Positions 45,295 to 54,695 of a DNA stretch of 64,000 bases are shown here, piece by piece. The DNA comes from Euryarchaeota archaeon UBA58. Its GTDB lineage: Archaea; Thermoplasmatota; Poseidoniia; Poseidoniales; Thalassarchaeaceae. The stretch is taken from NCBI GenBank assembly GCA_002498525.1, contig DAHR01000019.1, forward strand, positions 39,404 through 103,403. The letters run 5' to 3'. The notes beneath the pieces were generated by a model, which saw only the letters and a program-made list of their open reading frames with translations, ran no database searches and was not told where the DNA came from. Position numbers and translations under genes: made by a program. The number at the start of each line of letters is the position of its first letter. The stretch's first letter is position 1.

Positions 45295-46584
45295 ATGCAA
45301 CGGGTTCTGTTCATGGCCTTCAGAGATCTCTTGGCGGGCATTGATCCAATCGATTCACCGATCAGCGTCAACCATGACATGCTCGACCACTCCCAATCGA
45401 CATCGCATGAACCCGTGCTCTTCACCTCCCTCACTGAAGCACCGGGTCATTCCGCCGCTCTCAATGTACTCGCGAGAGACCGATTATGCGATATCTTCCA
45501 CCTCTCACCTGGAGAATTGATCGATGTTCTCGCGGATGCGATGGCAAGGCCGGGAGAACCGGTTCTGATCGAGACGGCTGAAGCAGAGGTCCTGCAGAAC
45601 ACCCAGTCTGAAGTCGACCTGCACGCATTACCGATTCCGTGGCATTATCGAGAAGATAGAGGCCGCTATCAATCAGCCTCGGTAATCATAGCCGAATACG
45701 ATGGAATCTACAACATGTCTTACCATCGACAATTCCTTCGCGATGCCAATCACTGTGTCTCTCGCTTCGTGCCTCGTCACCTGCGAACGATGACCGACAA
45801 GGCCCGAGCCAATGGTGACGAGATCGATATCGCTGTGGTCAACGGCGCGGACGCCAGCGTTCTACTCGCTGCTGCGATGTCCTTCACACACGACCTCGAC
45901 GAGTTGACCGTCGCAGCCGCACTGCACCAGCGATTTCATGGAACCCCTCTGAGACTCGTCGAACTCGCCAATGGAATACAGGTACCCGCCGATGCCGAAT
46001 ACGCCATGGAGGCAAGAATCACTCTGGCCGACGACGACGAAGGTCCCTACGTAGACATCACGGGTACGGTTGACGGCATCAGACAGGAACCTGTCATCGA
46101 ATACGATGCTGTCCACCACCGGAACAACCCCATCTTCCACGCTCTGATTCCCGCTGAAACAGAACATCGCACTCTGATGGGCCTGCCGCGCGCTCCGACT
46201 ATCAAAGCGGCAGTCAACGCCGTCGTGAAGTGCACAGACGTCTATCTGACCGATGGCGGCAGCGGTTGGCTGGCTGCTGTCGTGGCGATTGAACCAGTCG
46301 ACGAAGATGATGGGGTCAAGGCTATCCACGCGGCACTAGACGGACATAGATCGATGAAGTCGGTGACCATCGTCGACAATGACATCGACGTATCTGATCC
46401 TGTTCGTGTCGAATGGGCACTGATGACTCGCTGGCAGCCTGACAAAGACACGGTGATACTCTCAGGTCAGAAAGGCTCCAGCCTCGACCCCAGTCGTTCA
46501 GAGGAAGGGTTGACCAGCAAGATCGGCATCGACGCGACCCTTCCCCCGGGAATCGATCGATCCCCGTACGAGAGTGTGCTGTGA
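45295..46584 (+). CDS. UbiD-family (prFMN-dependent) decarboxylase
   Basis: Overall UbiD-like layout ('NMSYHRQF', 'DDDEGPYVDITG', 'VDNDIDVSDP'). 429 aa, shorter than E. coli UbiD. Confidence 0.8.
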   Translation: MQRVLFMAFRDLLAGIDPIDSPISVNHDMLDHSQSTSHEPVLFTSLTEAPGHSAALNVLARDRLCDIFHLSPGELIDVLADAMARPGEPVLIETAEAEVLQNTQSEVDLHALPIPWHYREDRGRYQSASVIIAEYDGIYNMSYHRQFLRDANHCVSRFVPRHLRTMTDKARANGDEIDIAVVNGADASVLLAAAMSFTHDLDELTVAAALHQRFHGTPLRLVELANGIQVPADAEYAMEARITLADDDEGPYVDITGTVDGIRQEPVIEYDAVHHRNNPIFHALIPAETEHRTLMGLPRAPTIKAAVNAVVKCTDVYLTDGGSGWLAAVVAIEPVDEDDGVKAIHAALDGHRSMKSVTIVDNDIDVSDPVRVEWALMTRWQPDKDTVILSGQKGSSLDPSRSEEGLTSKIGIDATLPPGIDRSPYESVL

Positions 46585-46593
46585 GGTCGGGCG

Positions 46594-47577
46594 ATGGCGA
46601 CAAGAGACATCGGTGCTCGATTGCAGCATCCTCGTCGCAGCTTGGGCAATCGTCACCGCAGCCAAGCGGAGAAATTCCTCAAATTGGTAGAATCCAACTC
46701 ATCAAACCTGCACTGGGCCGAACAGAGTGCTCGTCAGGCTGTTCTGCACGACTTCACGCACCCTGACAATTGGCGGATTCTGTTGCAGACGAAAGTCGCC
46801 GCAAGTGATGCAGATGGCATCCGCTCGATACTCGACGAATTATTCCTGATCCTTGGCAGGGACCCCGAATTATTGCTGCAACTCGACGGCCTGAACATGG
46901 TGGAACAAGGCTCAGACCTACTGGAAGCCGCGATCATCGTCGACCCCCTTGACCCAGATGCTTGGTGGGCCGGTATTGATGACTCAGAAGCTCTCCAAAC
47001 CTTCCTCTCGAGGGTCAGATCTCTGGATTTCACTGATCCTCGTGCAAACATCCTTTTCTCGCGACGAATGGAAAGACTACTCGATAACGGACATGAGGAT
47101 GAATATCTGGAATTGACGAGAAAACTACTCGCCCAACGCCCTTCGAACCATGAGGTTTGGTCACGCATGGGACGTCTTCACGAACGCCGCCAAGAACATG
47201 ACCAGGCTTGGTTCTGCTATGATCAAGCCCAGACGAACATGCCTGCGCTGAAGGTGCGAGATGAATTCAAAGAGCGTATGGAAGCGAAGATTGATGGCAA
47301 GTCGGTGCGACCTTGGAGAGCGCCGGACATAGATGATCGGATCGAATTCCTCAGGCGGATGCAGATCCTTGCGATTCCCGCATATCAAGACGCAACCGAA
47401 TCTTCCGCAACCGCACCCGATCAGGCGAAGGAGATTGAGATCGACCGGGCCAAGCGACTTCATGGATCATCGCGCAGTTCTGAGGCGTTCTTCCTCGCCC
47501 GCCGCTTGGCGGCAGAAGGAGACGAACAAGCGCTGACCTTGGTAGAGCAGATACGGAGGCAGATGGAGGATGAGTGA
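46594..47577 (+). CDS. hypothetical helical-repeat (TPR-like) protein
   Basis: 327-aa ORF. 'HEVWSRMGRLHERRQEHDQAWFCYDQAQ' is TPR-like. Its 3' end overlaps the Nudix start (ATGAGTGA). Confidence 0.45.
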   Translation: MATRDIGARLQHPRRSLGNRHRSQAEKFLKLVESNSSNLHWAEQSARQAVLHDFTHPDNWRILLQTKVAASDADGIRSILDELFLILGRDPELLLQLDGLNMVEQGSDLLEAAIIVDPLDPDAWWAGIDDSEALQTFLSRVRSLDFTDPRANILFSRRMERLLDNGHEDEYLELTRKLLAQRPSNHEVWSRMGRLHERRQEHDQAWFCYDQAQTNMPALKVRDEFKERMEAKIDGKSVRPWRAPDIDDRIEFLRRMQILAIPAYQDATESSATAPDQAKEIEIDRAKRLHGSSRSSEAFFLARRLAAEGDEQALTLVEQIRRQMEDE

Positions 47578-47974
47578 TTCTGAACCTTGGGCCATTGCCT
47601 GGACAATCCCCAAACATCCCCTGGACACACCATGTTGGCTGATGGTCAAGCATGTCGAGAGAGGTTGGGAATTACCCGGTGGCTCGATCAGAGACGGCGA
47701 ATCAATCGATACGGCTGCCTTGAGGGAACTCTTTGAGGAAACCGGTTTGCTTGGTACTGCCAAGGCTGTGGATGGTTCCTTGTTTGAGAATGGCTCGGTG
47801 GTTCTCATCGAAGTCGAAGAAGAACCAAGTCCTTACGGCTGGAGTTCTGACGACGCTTCTATCGAAGAGGCCGGCTGGTGCGTCGAGATTCCATCAGGTC
47901 TTCATTGGGGTTCCGAAGAGATACAACGCATGATAGATCACGATTGGAGAACATCTAGAAGTCTGGAATCCTGA
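47570..47974 (+). CDS. Nudix hydrolase
   Basis: Nudix box 'GGSIRDGESIDTAALRELFEETGL'. Confidence 0.8.
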   Translation: MSDSEPWAIAWTIPKHPLDTPCWLMVKHVERGWELPGGSIRDGESIDTAALRELFEETGLLGTAKAVDGSLFENGSVVLIEVEEEPSPYGWSSDDASIEEAGWCVEIPSGLHWGSEEIQRMIDHDWRTSRSLES

Positions 47975-48888
47975 ATCTCATCGATTCGGTCAACAAGGGC
48001 GAGAGACCACGATGTCTCTGGGAGAATCGCTGCAGCATCGAAAATCAGGCCCAGATCGTTGCGCTCCTCTCCCGACACATCCTTCATCAGAATCGGCAGC
48101 AGTGTTTCTATCACCTCTCGAACATCTGACGGATTGGAATCGATCCAAGTATCTCCAGGAAGTTCTCGAGGTTCTGAATCACGAATCCGCTCGGACATCG
48201 TAGGAGCATCGGCAGATACTCCTTCCAATGCCAGATCGAGCCATTCCAATCCAGCTATGACGGCTTCAGCCTGCATCTCATTGGCGAGGAAAATCTCTCG
48301 CGCGGTCCATAGATGACGCATGGCGGGATCGAGATCCCCCATCGTCGTCAGAATTCGACCAACCTCCAATCTCGATAGACCTCTGATTTCAGCCAGATGT
48401 CCACCTTCCTGGGAAATGTCTGCGTGAATCGCCATTGCCATCATCACCTCTCCAATACTAGTATGCCATGCGGCGAGATTCAGAATCGCGATGCCGTGGA
48501 GGGGGGATTCTGGCATCATCGCATTCAATCGATCGACACACCATCTCAATTCGGCGCCGATCGCCTCCTCATCGACAGCACCAATCAATGCCCTCTCGAT
48601 TCGCAATCGGACTTCGCATTCCGCATCGCGCTCCTCTGGTGAACGCGATCGGTGCAGGAGAGCCTCGGAAGCATCGATTGCCTGAGCCAGATCTCCTTCG
48701 ATCAAGATCTTTTGAAATCCTAGCAAGTCACGCTGAAGAGTCGACAGTCGTCCGAGCAATTCATCAGGTCCTTTCAAGCCACCGAGATAGATCGCAGAAG
48801 CCACTGAATAGAGTCGATTGTCAGGTACAGAATCCAATGGAATCTCACCCGAATTAAGACCAGCGAGAAGGCTAGGAACCGTCGTCAA
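47938..48888 (-). CDS. hypothetical alpha-helical protein (316 aa), last gene of the exosome-superoperon strand run
   Basis: Track ORF. 4-nt overlap with the upstream DHH gene. No motif recognised. Confidence 0.45.
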   Translation of the reverse strand: MTTVPSLLAGLNSGEIPLDSVPDNRLYSVASAIYLGGLKGPDELLGRLSTLQRDLLGFQKILIEGDLAQAIDASEALLHRSRSPEERDAECEVRLRIERALIGAVDEEAIGAELRWCVDRLNAMMPESPLHGIAILNLAAWHTSIGEVMMAMAIHADISQEGGHLAEIRGLSRLEVGRILTTMGDLDPAMRHLWTAREIFLANEMQAEAVIAGLEWLDLALEGVSADAPTMSERIRDSEPRELPGDTWIDSNPSDVREVIETLLPILMKDVSGEERNDLGLIFDAAAILPETSWSLALVDRIDEIQDSRLLDVLQS

Positions 48889-49868
48889 TCCATCAACTCC
48901 ACTGAGAGTGCAGCAAGACTCGCAGATTCCAATTCCACCGCATTCGCTTCACCGGACCAGCCCGCCGCACCCGGATGACCGCCGCCTTCTCCACCGAGCC
49001 GGGTGGTCAAACCAGACATCACCCTCCCGAGGTCCACACCGAGATTGGTCGCTGTACGGCTCGCGCGGCCGGTCATTCGCATTCCTTCCGTCGTTTTCTT
49101 CTGCACCAGAGCGACATGCGCGCCGGCAGCCAACAATGCATGGGCTACAGCGCCCTCGTGGGTTCTGGCTCGAGTCGTTGCAACGACGATATTCGCTACC
49201 GTCTGGCATTTCGAATTACTGACCGCATGCAGAATCGCGATTCTTTGAGATTGATTCAAATCTTCAGATTCCATTTCATTGATTACATCCACCACATCGA
49301 TTCCAGAGGCGGCGATTATTTCCTCGACACGCTGATAACAACCCGGTCGAGCGTGTTTGAAGCGGCCGGTATCGGCGACTATCGCGGCCAGAAGGAGCCG
49401 TCCGGACAGAGGCGATATCGTGTTATCTGTGATTTTGATCAGTTCCCAGATTATCTCTGCAGTGGAGGATGTGTCCCGGTTGACCAACAAAGCCGTTTCA
49501 GGCCATTCCTCAGAAGCAGCTCCATGATGATCGATGATGCACAGAGGTGTTGAATCGGGTAAATCGAAGCCGATCTGACCGGGTGAGGCGGAATCGACGA
49601 CGATGATACCGCCGATGTTTCTAGGCAATATCGGACGTTTCGAATCGAGAGAATGGAATATAACATCGGCACCCTTCATAATTCTCTTGGCAAGAGTCCC
49701 GATGTGTACTCCACATGCCCGTGCCGATGGGCCGATGGTCTGAGCTAGGACGAGTCCTGAGCCTATGGTGTCCATGTCACCATTTCTGTGTGTGACTACG
49801 ACGACTGCGCCGTTGTCGCTGGCTTTGGAGATCCAATCCGAAAGTTCAGACAGATCGAGATCAGCCAT
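48885..49868 (-). CDS. DHH/DHHA1 phosphoesterase (NrnA-like nanoRNase / pAp phosphatase candidate)
   Basis: 'VVVTHRNGDMDTIGS', 'IIDHHGA', 'GGGHPGAAG'. Confidence 0.8.
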   Translation of the reverse strand: MADLDLSELSDWISKASDNGAVVVVTHRNGDMDTIGSGLVLAQTIGPSARACGVHIGTLAKRIMKGADVIFHSLDSKRPILPRNIGGIIVVDSASPGQIGFDLPDSTPLCIIDHHGAASEEWPETALLVNRDTSSTAEIIWELIKITDNTISPLSGRLLLAAIVADTGRFKHARPGCYQRVEEIIAASGIDVVDVINEMESEDLNQSQRIAILHAVSNSKCQTVANIVVATTRARTHEGAVAHALLAAGAHVALVQKKTTEGMRMTGRASRTATNLGVDLGRVMSGLTTRLGGEGGGHPGAAGWSGEANAVELESASLAALSVELMD

Positions 49869-49879
49869 ACGACCCCCAC

Positions 49880-50209
49880 CTACTCGATCGATTCAGCCAT
49901 CCGTGCATATTCCGCTCGAATCTCCGCCTCACGTTCATTGAGTCGTTCCAGATGACCACTGAGCGTCGCACTTGATGATTCGAGGTCAGCTGCCAATGAT
50001 TCGCGATCCTCAACCTCGAGAAGGATCCCCCCGAGTGCTCGATAGACTGATTTGTCGGCTGGCTGAGTCGAGAGTGCTTCGATTGTCAGACTAATCTCAT
50101 TGTTCTGCGTTAGAATCGATTGTATCTGTGAGCGGACCATCTGAAGTTCCTGGACAATCGCTTGAATATCCTCTTGTTCGACCATTTTCACACACATCCT
50201 GACACTCAT
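49880..50209 (-). CDS. pfdB: prefoldin beta subunit
   Basis: Coiled-coil/beta-hairpin/coiled-coil layout with 'VYRALGGILLEVEDRESL'. Position in the exosome superoperon. Confidence 0.75.
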   Translation of the reverse strand: MSVRMCVKMVEQEDIQAIVQELQMVRSQIQSILTQNNEISLTIEALSTQPADKSVYRALGGILLEVEDRESLAADLESSSATLSGHLERLNEREAEIRAEYARMAESIE

Positions 50210-50222
50210 CGACCAAGGTCTG

Positions 50223-50483
50223 TCAGCGCCCCGGCCTCGATGCCTCAGAGCGACTCGCCTTCAATGCCTCGTCTGCGGCAGTAAGACCACGCATCACAGT
50301 GTTCCAGCGTGCACGAAGGTCAACGAAGGTCGGTGCTGATTCGCGAATCGTCACGATTGTGCCAGAAAGACTCGCATCAGCCTCAGTGGCCATCGAAGCA
50401 GTCAATGCTTCGGCTCGCTTGCTTCTGACTAGAAGTGTCAGGCTCAGAGAATCACTCTTCTTCTGAGTCGACATCAATCTCAC
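50223..50483 (-). CDS. KEOPS subunit Pcc1-like protein
   Basis: ~80 aa. 'FVDLRARWNTVMRGL' resembles the Pcc1 'D..aLRA..N...R' motif. Conserved neighbourhood next to L37ae and prefoldin. Confidence 0.5.
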   Translation of the reverse strand: MRLMSTQKKSDSLSLTLLVRSKRAEALTASMATEADASLSGTIVTIRESAPTFVDLRARWNTVMRGLTAADEALKASRSEASRPGR

Positions 50484-50829
50484 CCGCAGCCACTTTGCGC
50501 TCGTAATCGAGGGCCGCCTGTTGCGCGATGACCGTCATATCAGTTGCAGTAGCGCCCTCCATCCCGCGACGGATGATACGGTTGTTGGCGTCGGTCGCGC
50601 GCGTGAAAGGTTCCCAGACGCCGCCCGAGAAGATGTGACCGCACTTGCGGCATTCCCAGATGCCGGTGACTTTGCGTCCAACCTTCTGGTATTGACAGAC
50701 TGGACAGGTGTACTGACGTGTCTTCTTCTTCATCGCCGATCCGGCGCGACGTCGAACGCTGACACCATAGCGTGGTCCGTACTTGGCGCTGGCGCCGGCC
50801 TTCTGTGTCCTCTTGGCCATTTCACTCAC
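50452..50829 (-). CDS. rpl37ae: ribosomal protein L37Ae (eL43) with ~30-aa acidic C-terminal extension
   Basis: 'YTCPVCQYQKVGRKVTGIWECRKCGHIFSGG' zinc ribbon. The tail overlaps the Pcc1-like start by 23-32 nt. Confidence 0.9.
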   Translation of the reverse strand: MSEMAKRTQKAGASAKYGPRYGVSVRRRAGSAMKKKTRQYTCPVCQYQKVGRKVTGIWECRKCGHIFSGGVWEPFTRATDANNRIIRRGMEGATATDMTVIAQQAALDYERKVAAGEIDVDSEEE

Positions 50830-51613
50830 CTGCCAGTTTCTGATCTAAGAGACTACGGAGTTCAGCGCACTTGGAGCGTGCTTCAACCATAATCTCGTCA
50901 AATTCGGCGGCCGTGAAGATTCCCTTTAGACCCTTCTGCAACGAATGAACGTGGTCATCATCACCCAAGGTGATGTGAATGCGCTCATCGCCTCCGAGTT
51001 CCTCGCGCTTGTCAGCATCGTAGACGAATCGCCCGCCGACCTTGTGGTAAGAGCACATAACCGGAGTCTTTGCGACCCCCAAAGGTCGGTCTTCGCCAAT
51101 TTCGTAGCGCTCGGCTGGCAAAACTGCACTCTTCAGCGCAGCGATTCCAGCGAGCGCGAAAGCATCGAATAGATTTCCATCGTCAGAAATCGCGAACAAG
51201 TCGAGGATGACCTGCCATGCTTTCTCGCCTGGGATGAGGCACAGTTCCTCGACGTTGATGCAGCCCGACTCGCGGATACCGCGGTCGACAACACGCCCCA
51301 ACTCGATTGACTCGGGACTTGGAGGACCGGGTTCCCAGCCACGTCCAGCGACAGGCCTGACCTCAGCACTGCACATCAGACCGCCCTCATTAGGTCGGTC
51401 TGGGTAAGGAGTCATAATCTGGAACTTGACCCCGGCGTAAACGATTGTATCTCCCATTCGAACTCGAGCCGAGCCTTCGGCACGTTCCAAACAGTCAATC
51501 TCGAGTTCGAGGTCGCGGCCCTCGAAACGGCCGCGACCATCATGACGCGAATCATTCTCGGCCAGTTCGGCCAAGTGAGCGCGCAGGAGTTTAGGCACGA
51601 GAGGGATACCCAT
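50822..51613 (-). CDS. rrp42: exosome complex subunit Rrp42 (RNase PH-like, inactive subunit)
   Basis: 'RHDGRGRFEGRDLELE' and gene order rrp4-rrp41-rrp42. Confidence 0.85.
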   Translation of the reverse strand: MGIPLVPKLLRAHLAELAENDSRHDGRGRFEGRDLELEIDCLERAEGSARVRMGDTIVYAGVKFQIMTPYPDRPNEGGLMCSAEVRPVAGRGWEPGPPSPESIELGRVVDRGIRESGCINVEELCLIPGEKAWQVILDLFAISDDGNLFDAFALAGIAALKSAVLPAERYEIGEDRPLGVAKTPVMCSYHKVGGRFVYDADKREELGGDERIHITLGDDDHVHSLQKGLKGIFTAAEFDEIMVEARSKCAELRSLLDQKLAGE

Positions 51614-52330
51614 TCACGCCTCACCTCCCTTCAGAGCAGCGACCATGTGTTCGTGAATCACCGACACAGCCCCCATGTTGTAGTCCCACGCCTCTTGGAA
51701 TTGCTCAGGCGAAAGGTCGCCATCCATCTGCAGGAACACGAGTTCACCCGAGTTCGGCAGAATCCCCATCGGCAAATCCGCCTCACCGTAATTGTCCTCT
51801 TCCTTGTTGAGGTCACAGACGACGATATCGTGGACTTTCCCGCTGGCTACCGAGACGACCATGTCACTCATCGGGATGCCAGCGTGGGCGAGAGCGACGG
51901 AAGCCGCTGTAATCCCCGCGCAGCGGGTACCAGCCTCGGCACAAATGATCTCGATCTCGACGCGGATCTTGCTGCGAGGGTAGAGTTCGGTCAGAACGAC
52001 GCTCTCGAGCGCCTCAGCCGTGACTTTTGAGATCTCTCGGCTGCGGCGATTGAATCCAGGTCGGATTCTGTCCGTGGTCGAGAAAGGTGCCATGTTGTAG
52101 CGCACATCGAGCACAGCACGGTCTTGACGCTGAATCTTACGAGGATGAGCCTCCATCGGCCCATAGACCGCAGCGATTACGTCATTCAGCCCCCAACGCA
52201 TGCGAGCTGAACCATCGGCGACGGGGACGACGCCGACCTCGATAGAAATCGGTCGAATCTCACCGACGGTACGACCGTCTAGACGAATTCCGTTCTCATC
52301 TATACATTGTACATCTCCATATCCACCCAT
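51614..52330 (-). CDS. rrp41: exosome complex exonuclease Rrp41 (RNase PH-like)
   Basis: 'IRLDGRTVGEIRPISIEVGV', 'ADGSARMRWG'. Confidence 0.9.
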   Translation of the reverse strand: MGGYGDVQCIDENGIRLDGRTVGEIRPISIEVGVVPVADGSARMRWGLNDVIAAVYGPMEAHPRKIQRQDRAVLDVRYNMAPFSTTDRIRPGFNRRSREISKVTAEALESVVLTELYPRSKIRVEIEIICAEAGTRCAGITAASVALAHAGIPMSDMVVSVASGKVHDIVVCDLNKEEDNYGEADLPMGILPNSGELVFLQMDGDLSPEQFQEAWDYNMGAVSVIHEHMVAALKGGEA

Positions 52331-53040
52331 CAGGCAACACCTCCATATTCAGCGACCTTCGCTTCCATAAGCAAGTCGTTGAGTTTCGCACGGGCTTCGA
52401 CCATACCGGTCACTTCACCATCGATCCAGACTCGCCCGTTGTCGCCAGCGATAAGTCGGCATTCTGTCTCTTCCTTGAGTTGGCGCAGATTGTTACCTCC
52501 ACGGCCGATGAGACGCCCTAACAGGTGAGGATCAATCTCCTCAACAGTACCTGAGCGAATAGCACGCAATCCCATTCCTTTCATCGTAACGACGCTTGAG
52601 TGATTCTCCTCGACTTCCTGCACTCGGCACAAAATCGCGTCACCAATATCCAGAACCTTGCGGATGCCACCGAATTCAGCCTTTGAAGGGCCCAGACTCA
52701 TCGGTAGAATCGCGTTGAATGGAGCGCCGATGTCGATGAACCAGATATTGCTGGTACATCCCTCGATGTAACCGATAACGAGATCGGATGGCCGTGGCAC
52801 GTATGCCGTGCGTCGCGGCTCGACCGAGACGGTGCCGTCTTGGGTATTCTTTCGTCCTTGCTTCACAGCACGCAGCCGGCCATTCATGGCAACTACGCCA
52901 TGGCCTGCTGAGTACTCCCCAGAATCACCGAGATCTTCTCCCGGAGCAACAAGCAGGGGTGCTTGTTGAGAATCGCGCGGTCCGCCCGCGGTATTGTCTC
53001 CACTCATGTTATCGGGCCGCGCGACCTGCCTCCCCTTCAT
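52330..53040 (-). CDS. rrp4: exosome complex RNA-binding subunit Rrp4 (S1 + KH)
   Basis: S1-like 'PRPSDLVIGYIEG' and KH 'GRLIGRGGNNLRQLKEET'. Confidence 0.85.
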   Translation of the reverse strand: MKGRQVARPDNMSGDNTAGGPRDSQQAPLLVAPGEDLGDSGEYSAGHGVVAMNGRLRAVKQGRKNTQDGTVSVEPRRTAYVPRPSDLVIGYIEGCTSNIWFIDIGAPFNAILPMSLGPSKAEFGGIRKVLDIGDAILCRVQEVEENHSSVVTMKGMGLRAIRSGTVEEIDPHLLGRLIGRGGNNLRQLKEETECRLIAGDNGRVWIDGEVTGMVEARAKLNDLLMEAKVAEYGGVA

Positions 53041-53093
53041 AACCGTATATGCCTACACCTACGGTGTATTGGAAGTCGGCTTCTGTAGTGAAG

Positions 53094-53783
53094 TCAGTCG
53101 AGTTCTTTTACATCGAGACCGGAAGAACGCTTTGCTACTCGGCTGATCAAATCAGTTTTCATTCCGCCCGGACACTCGACGATGCAAGCCCACGAGCCAT
53201 CCTCAAGCCATTCCTCCTTCAGGATGGAATCGCGCAGCAATTGATTGACTCCACCGTAGTCCTTGCCCGAGACTCGGAAAGCCAATCTGACTGTGATGAA
53301 TTGCAGAGGGATCAGAGGTCGGAGCGCTGTGACTGCATCTTGGACCTGGCGCTCGACCGAGAGGAATGGATCTACGGAGAATCGAGCTTCGTCCAGTGCG
53401 TGTTCGATACGAATAGGAGGATGAGGTGAGCGTGTCTTCGGATCGGTCGCGGTGGTGGCTATCGCGTTGATTATCTGTTTGCGTTTGTTCTCGACCATCT
53501 TCTTCCGCTGCATCGTCGTCAATTGAATCGAGCCGTCACGCAGGATTCTCTCGACGCATGGCACGAGGTCTGTCGTCCCGAAGATGTTCTGTAGCGCCTC
53601 AGCGGTCGGTCTGTCGCCGGCACGAGCATCGGACCAGACCTCATCGGTCGCCAGCATTTCCTCAAAATCAACATTCTCTGGATTGTCCTTCCATTGCGCG
53701 ACGAGGTCGGGATCGACGAGAATTTCGTAGCGACTACCACCCTTCTCAAAGCGAGCGATGACTGCATCGTCCAGACTCACCAT
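53094..53783 (-). CDS. SBDS-family ribosome maturation protein (Sdo1)
   Basis: 'ARFEKGGSRYEILVDPD' N-terminal FYSH-domain signature. Confidence 0.9.
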   Translation of the reverse strand: MVSLDDAVIARFEKGGSRYEILVDPDLVAQWKDNPENVDFEEMLATDEVWSDARAGDRPTAEALQNIFGTTDLVPCVERILRDGSIQLTTMQRKKMVENKRKQIINAIATTATDPKTRSPHPPIRIEHALDEARFSVDPFLSVERQVQDAVTALRPLIPLQFITVRLAFRVSGKDYGGVNQLLRDSILKEEWLEDGSWACIVECPGGMKTDLISRVAKRSSGLDVKELD

Positions 53784-53858
53784 GCTCGCCCGAGCCGTGC
53801 CTCTGCCCTTAGAGCAATCGGGTGGTCAACGAGATGAACAGATTGTTCGGTGTGCGAT

Positions 53859-54590
53859 TCAACTGAGTCGGTCAATCTGTTTCAAGGTGTCAGCGCGGGA
53901 CATCTTGGCGTAGCCACTGCCAGTCAGAACCGCTATCTCCACAGCGTCTCTGTTGAGGTCTTCATCGATAGAATCACGCAGCGCTTCGAGACCGAGTTTG
54001 ATAGCGGCATTTTGGGTCATCTTCGGCTTCCAATTGGCTTCGAAATAATCGATGACAGCCGAACGTCCGCGCCCGATTGCGCCCGCATGATAGGATTGGT
54101 AGGCACCAGAAGGATCGGTTTCGAAGAGATGCACGCCATCACCATCGACGCCAGCGATAAGAAGTGCAGTGCCGAAGGGTCGTGCACCACCGTATTGAGT
54201 GAAGGATTGCATGTAATCACACATCTTCTTGACGAGGGTGGTCACCGGAACTGGGTCACCGTAAGTCATCCTGTTTACCTGACACTGCACGCGGGCGCGG
54301 TCTACGAGTTGTCTCGCGTCGGCGACCAGACCTGAAGTGGTGAATCCTATGTGGTCATCGATCTGATACATCTTCTCGATCGAATCGACGATGACGAGCT
54401 TGCTTGAAATCCGCTTATCGACTATCAATACGACTCCGTCGCGGAACTTCAGACCGACTGTCGTAGTTCCGCGCTTGACGGATTCTCTTGCGTACTCGAC
54501 CTGATACAATCGTCCATCTGGCGAGAAGGTCGAAACCCCATGGTCATATCCTCGTCCGCTCGGCTGCATGGTTAACGAAGTCCAAGCCAT
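53859..54590 (-). CDS. psmA: proteasome alpha subunit
   Basis: 'YDHGVSTFSPDGRLYQVEYA'. Confidence 0.95.
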   Translation of the reverse strand: MAWTSLTMQPSGRGYDHGVSTFSPDGRLYQVEYARESVKRGTTTVGLKFRDGVVLIVDKRISSKLVIVDSIEKMYQIDDHIGFTTSGLVADARQLVDRARVQCQVNRMTYGDPVPVTTLVKKMCDYMQSFTQYGGARPFGTALLIAGVDGDGVHLFETDPSGAYQSYHAGAIGRGRSAVIDYFEANWKPKMTQNAAIKLGLEALRDSIDEDLNRDAVEIAVLTGSGYAKMSRADTLKQIDRLS

Positions 54591-54695
54591 GAGAGGCCTC
54601 TTATCAACCTTGGTCGGCGCCTCGGGCGGAGTCTCTTGATAGGAAGAGGGTGAACTTCCGCCGCATTGATTTCAGATGACTATCGCCGCCACATC

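Noticed and set aside
54591-54695. Imperfect inverted repeat CCTCTTATCAA...TTGATAGGAAGAGG in the psmA/dph6 divergent spacer
   Set aside because: The arms are interrupted (3-nt insertion) and separated by ~25 nt. This is not distinguishable from chance by eye.
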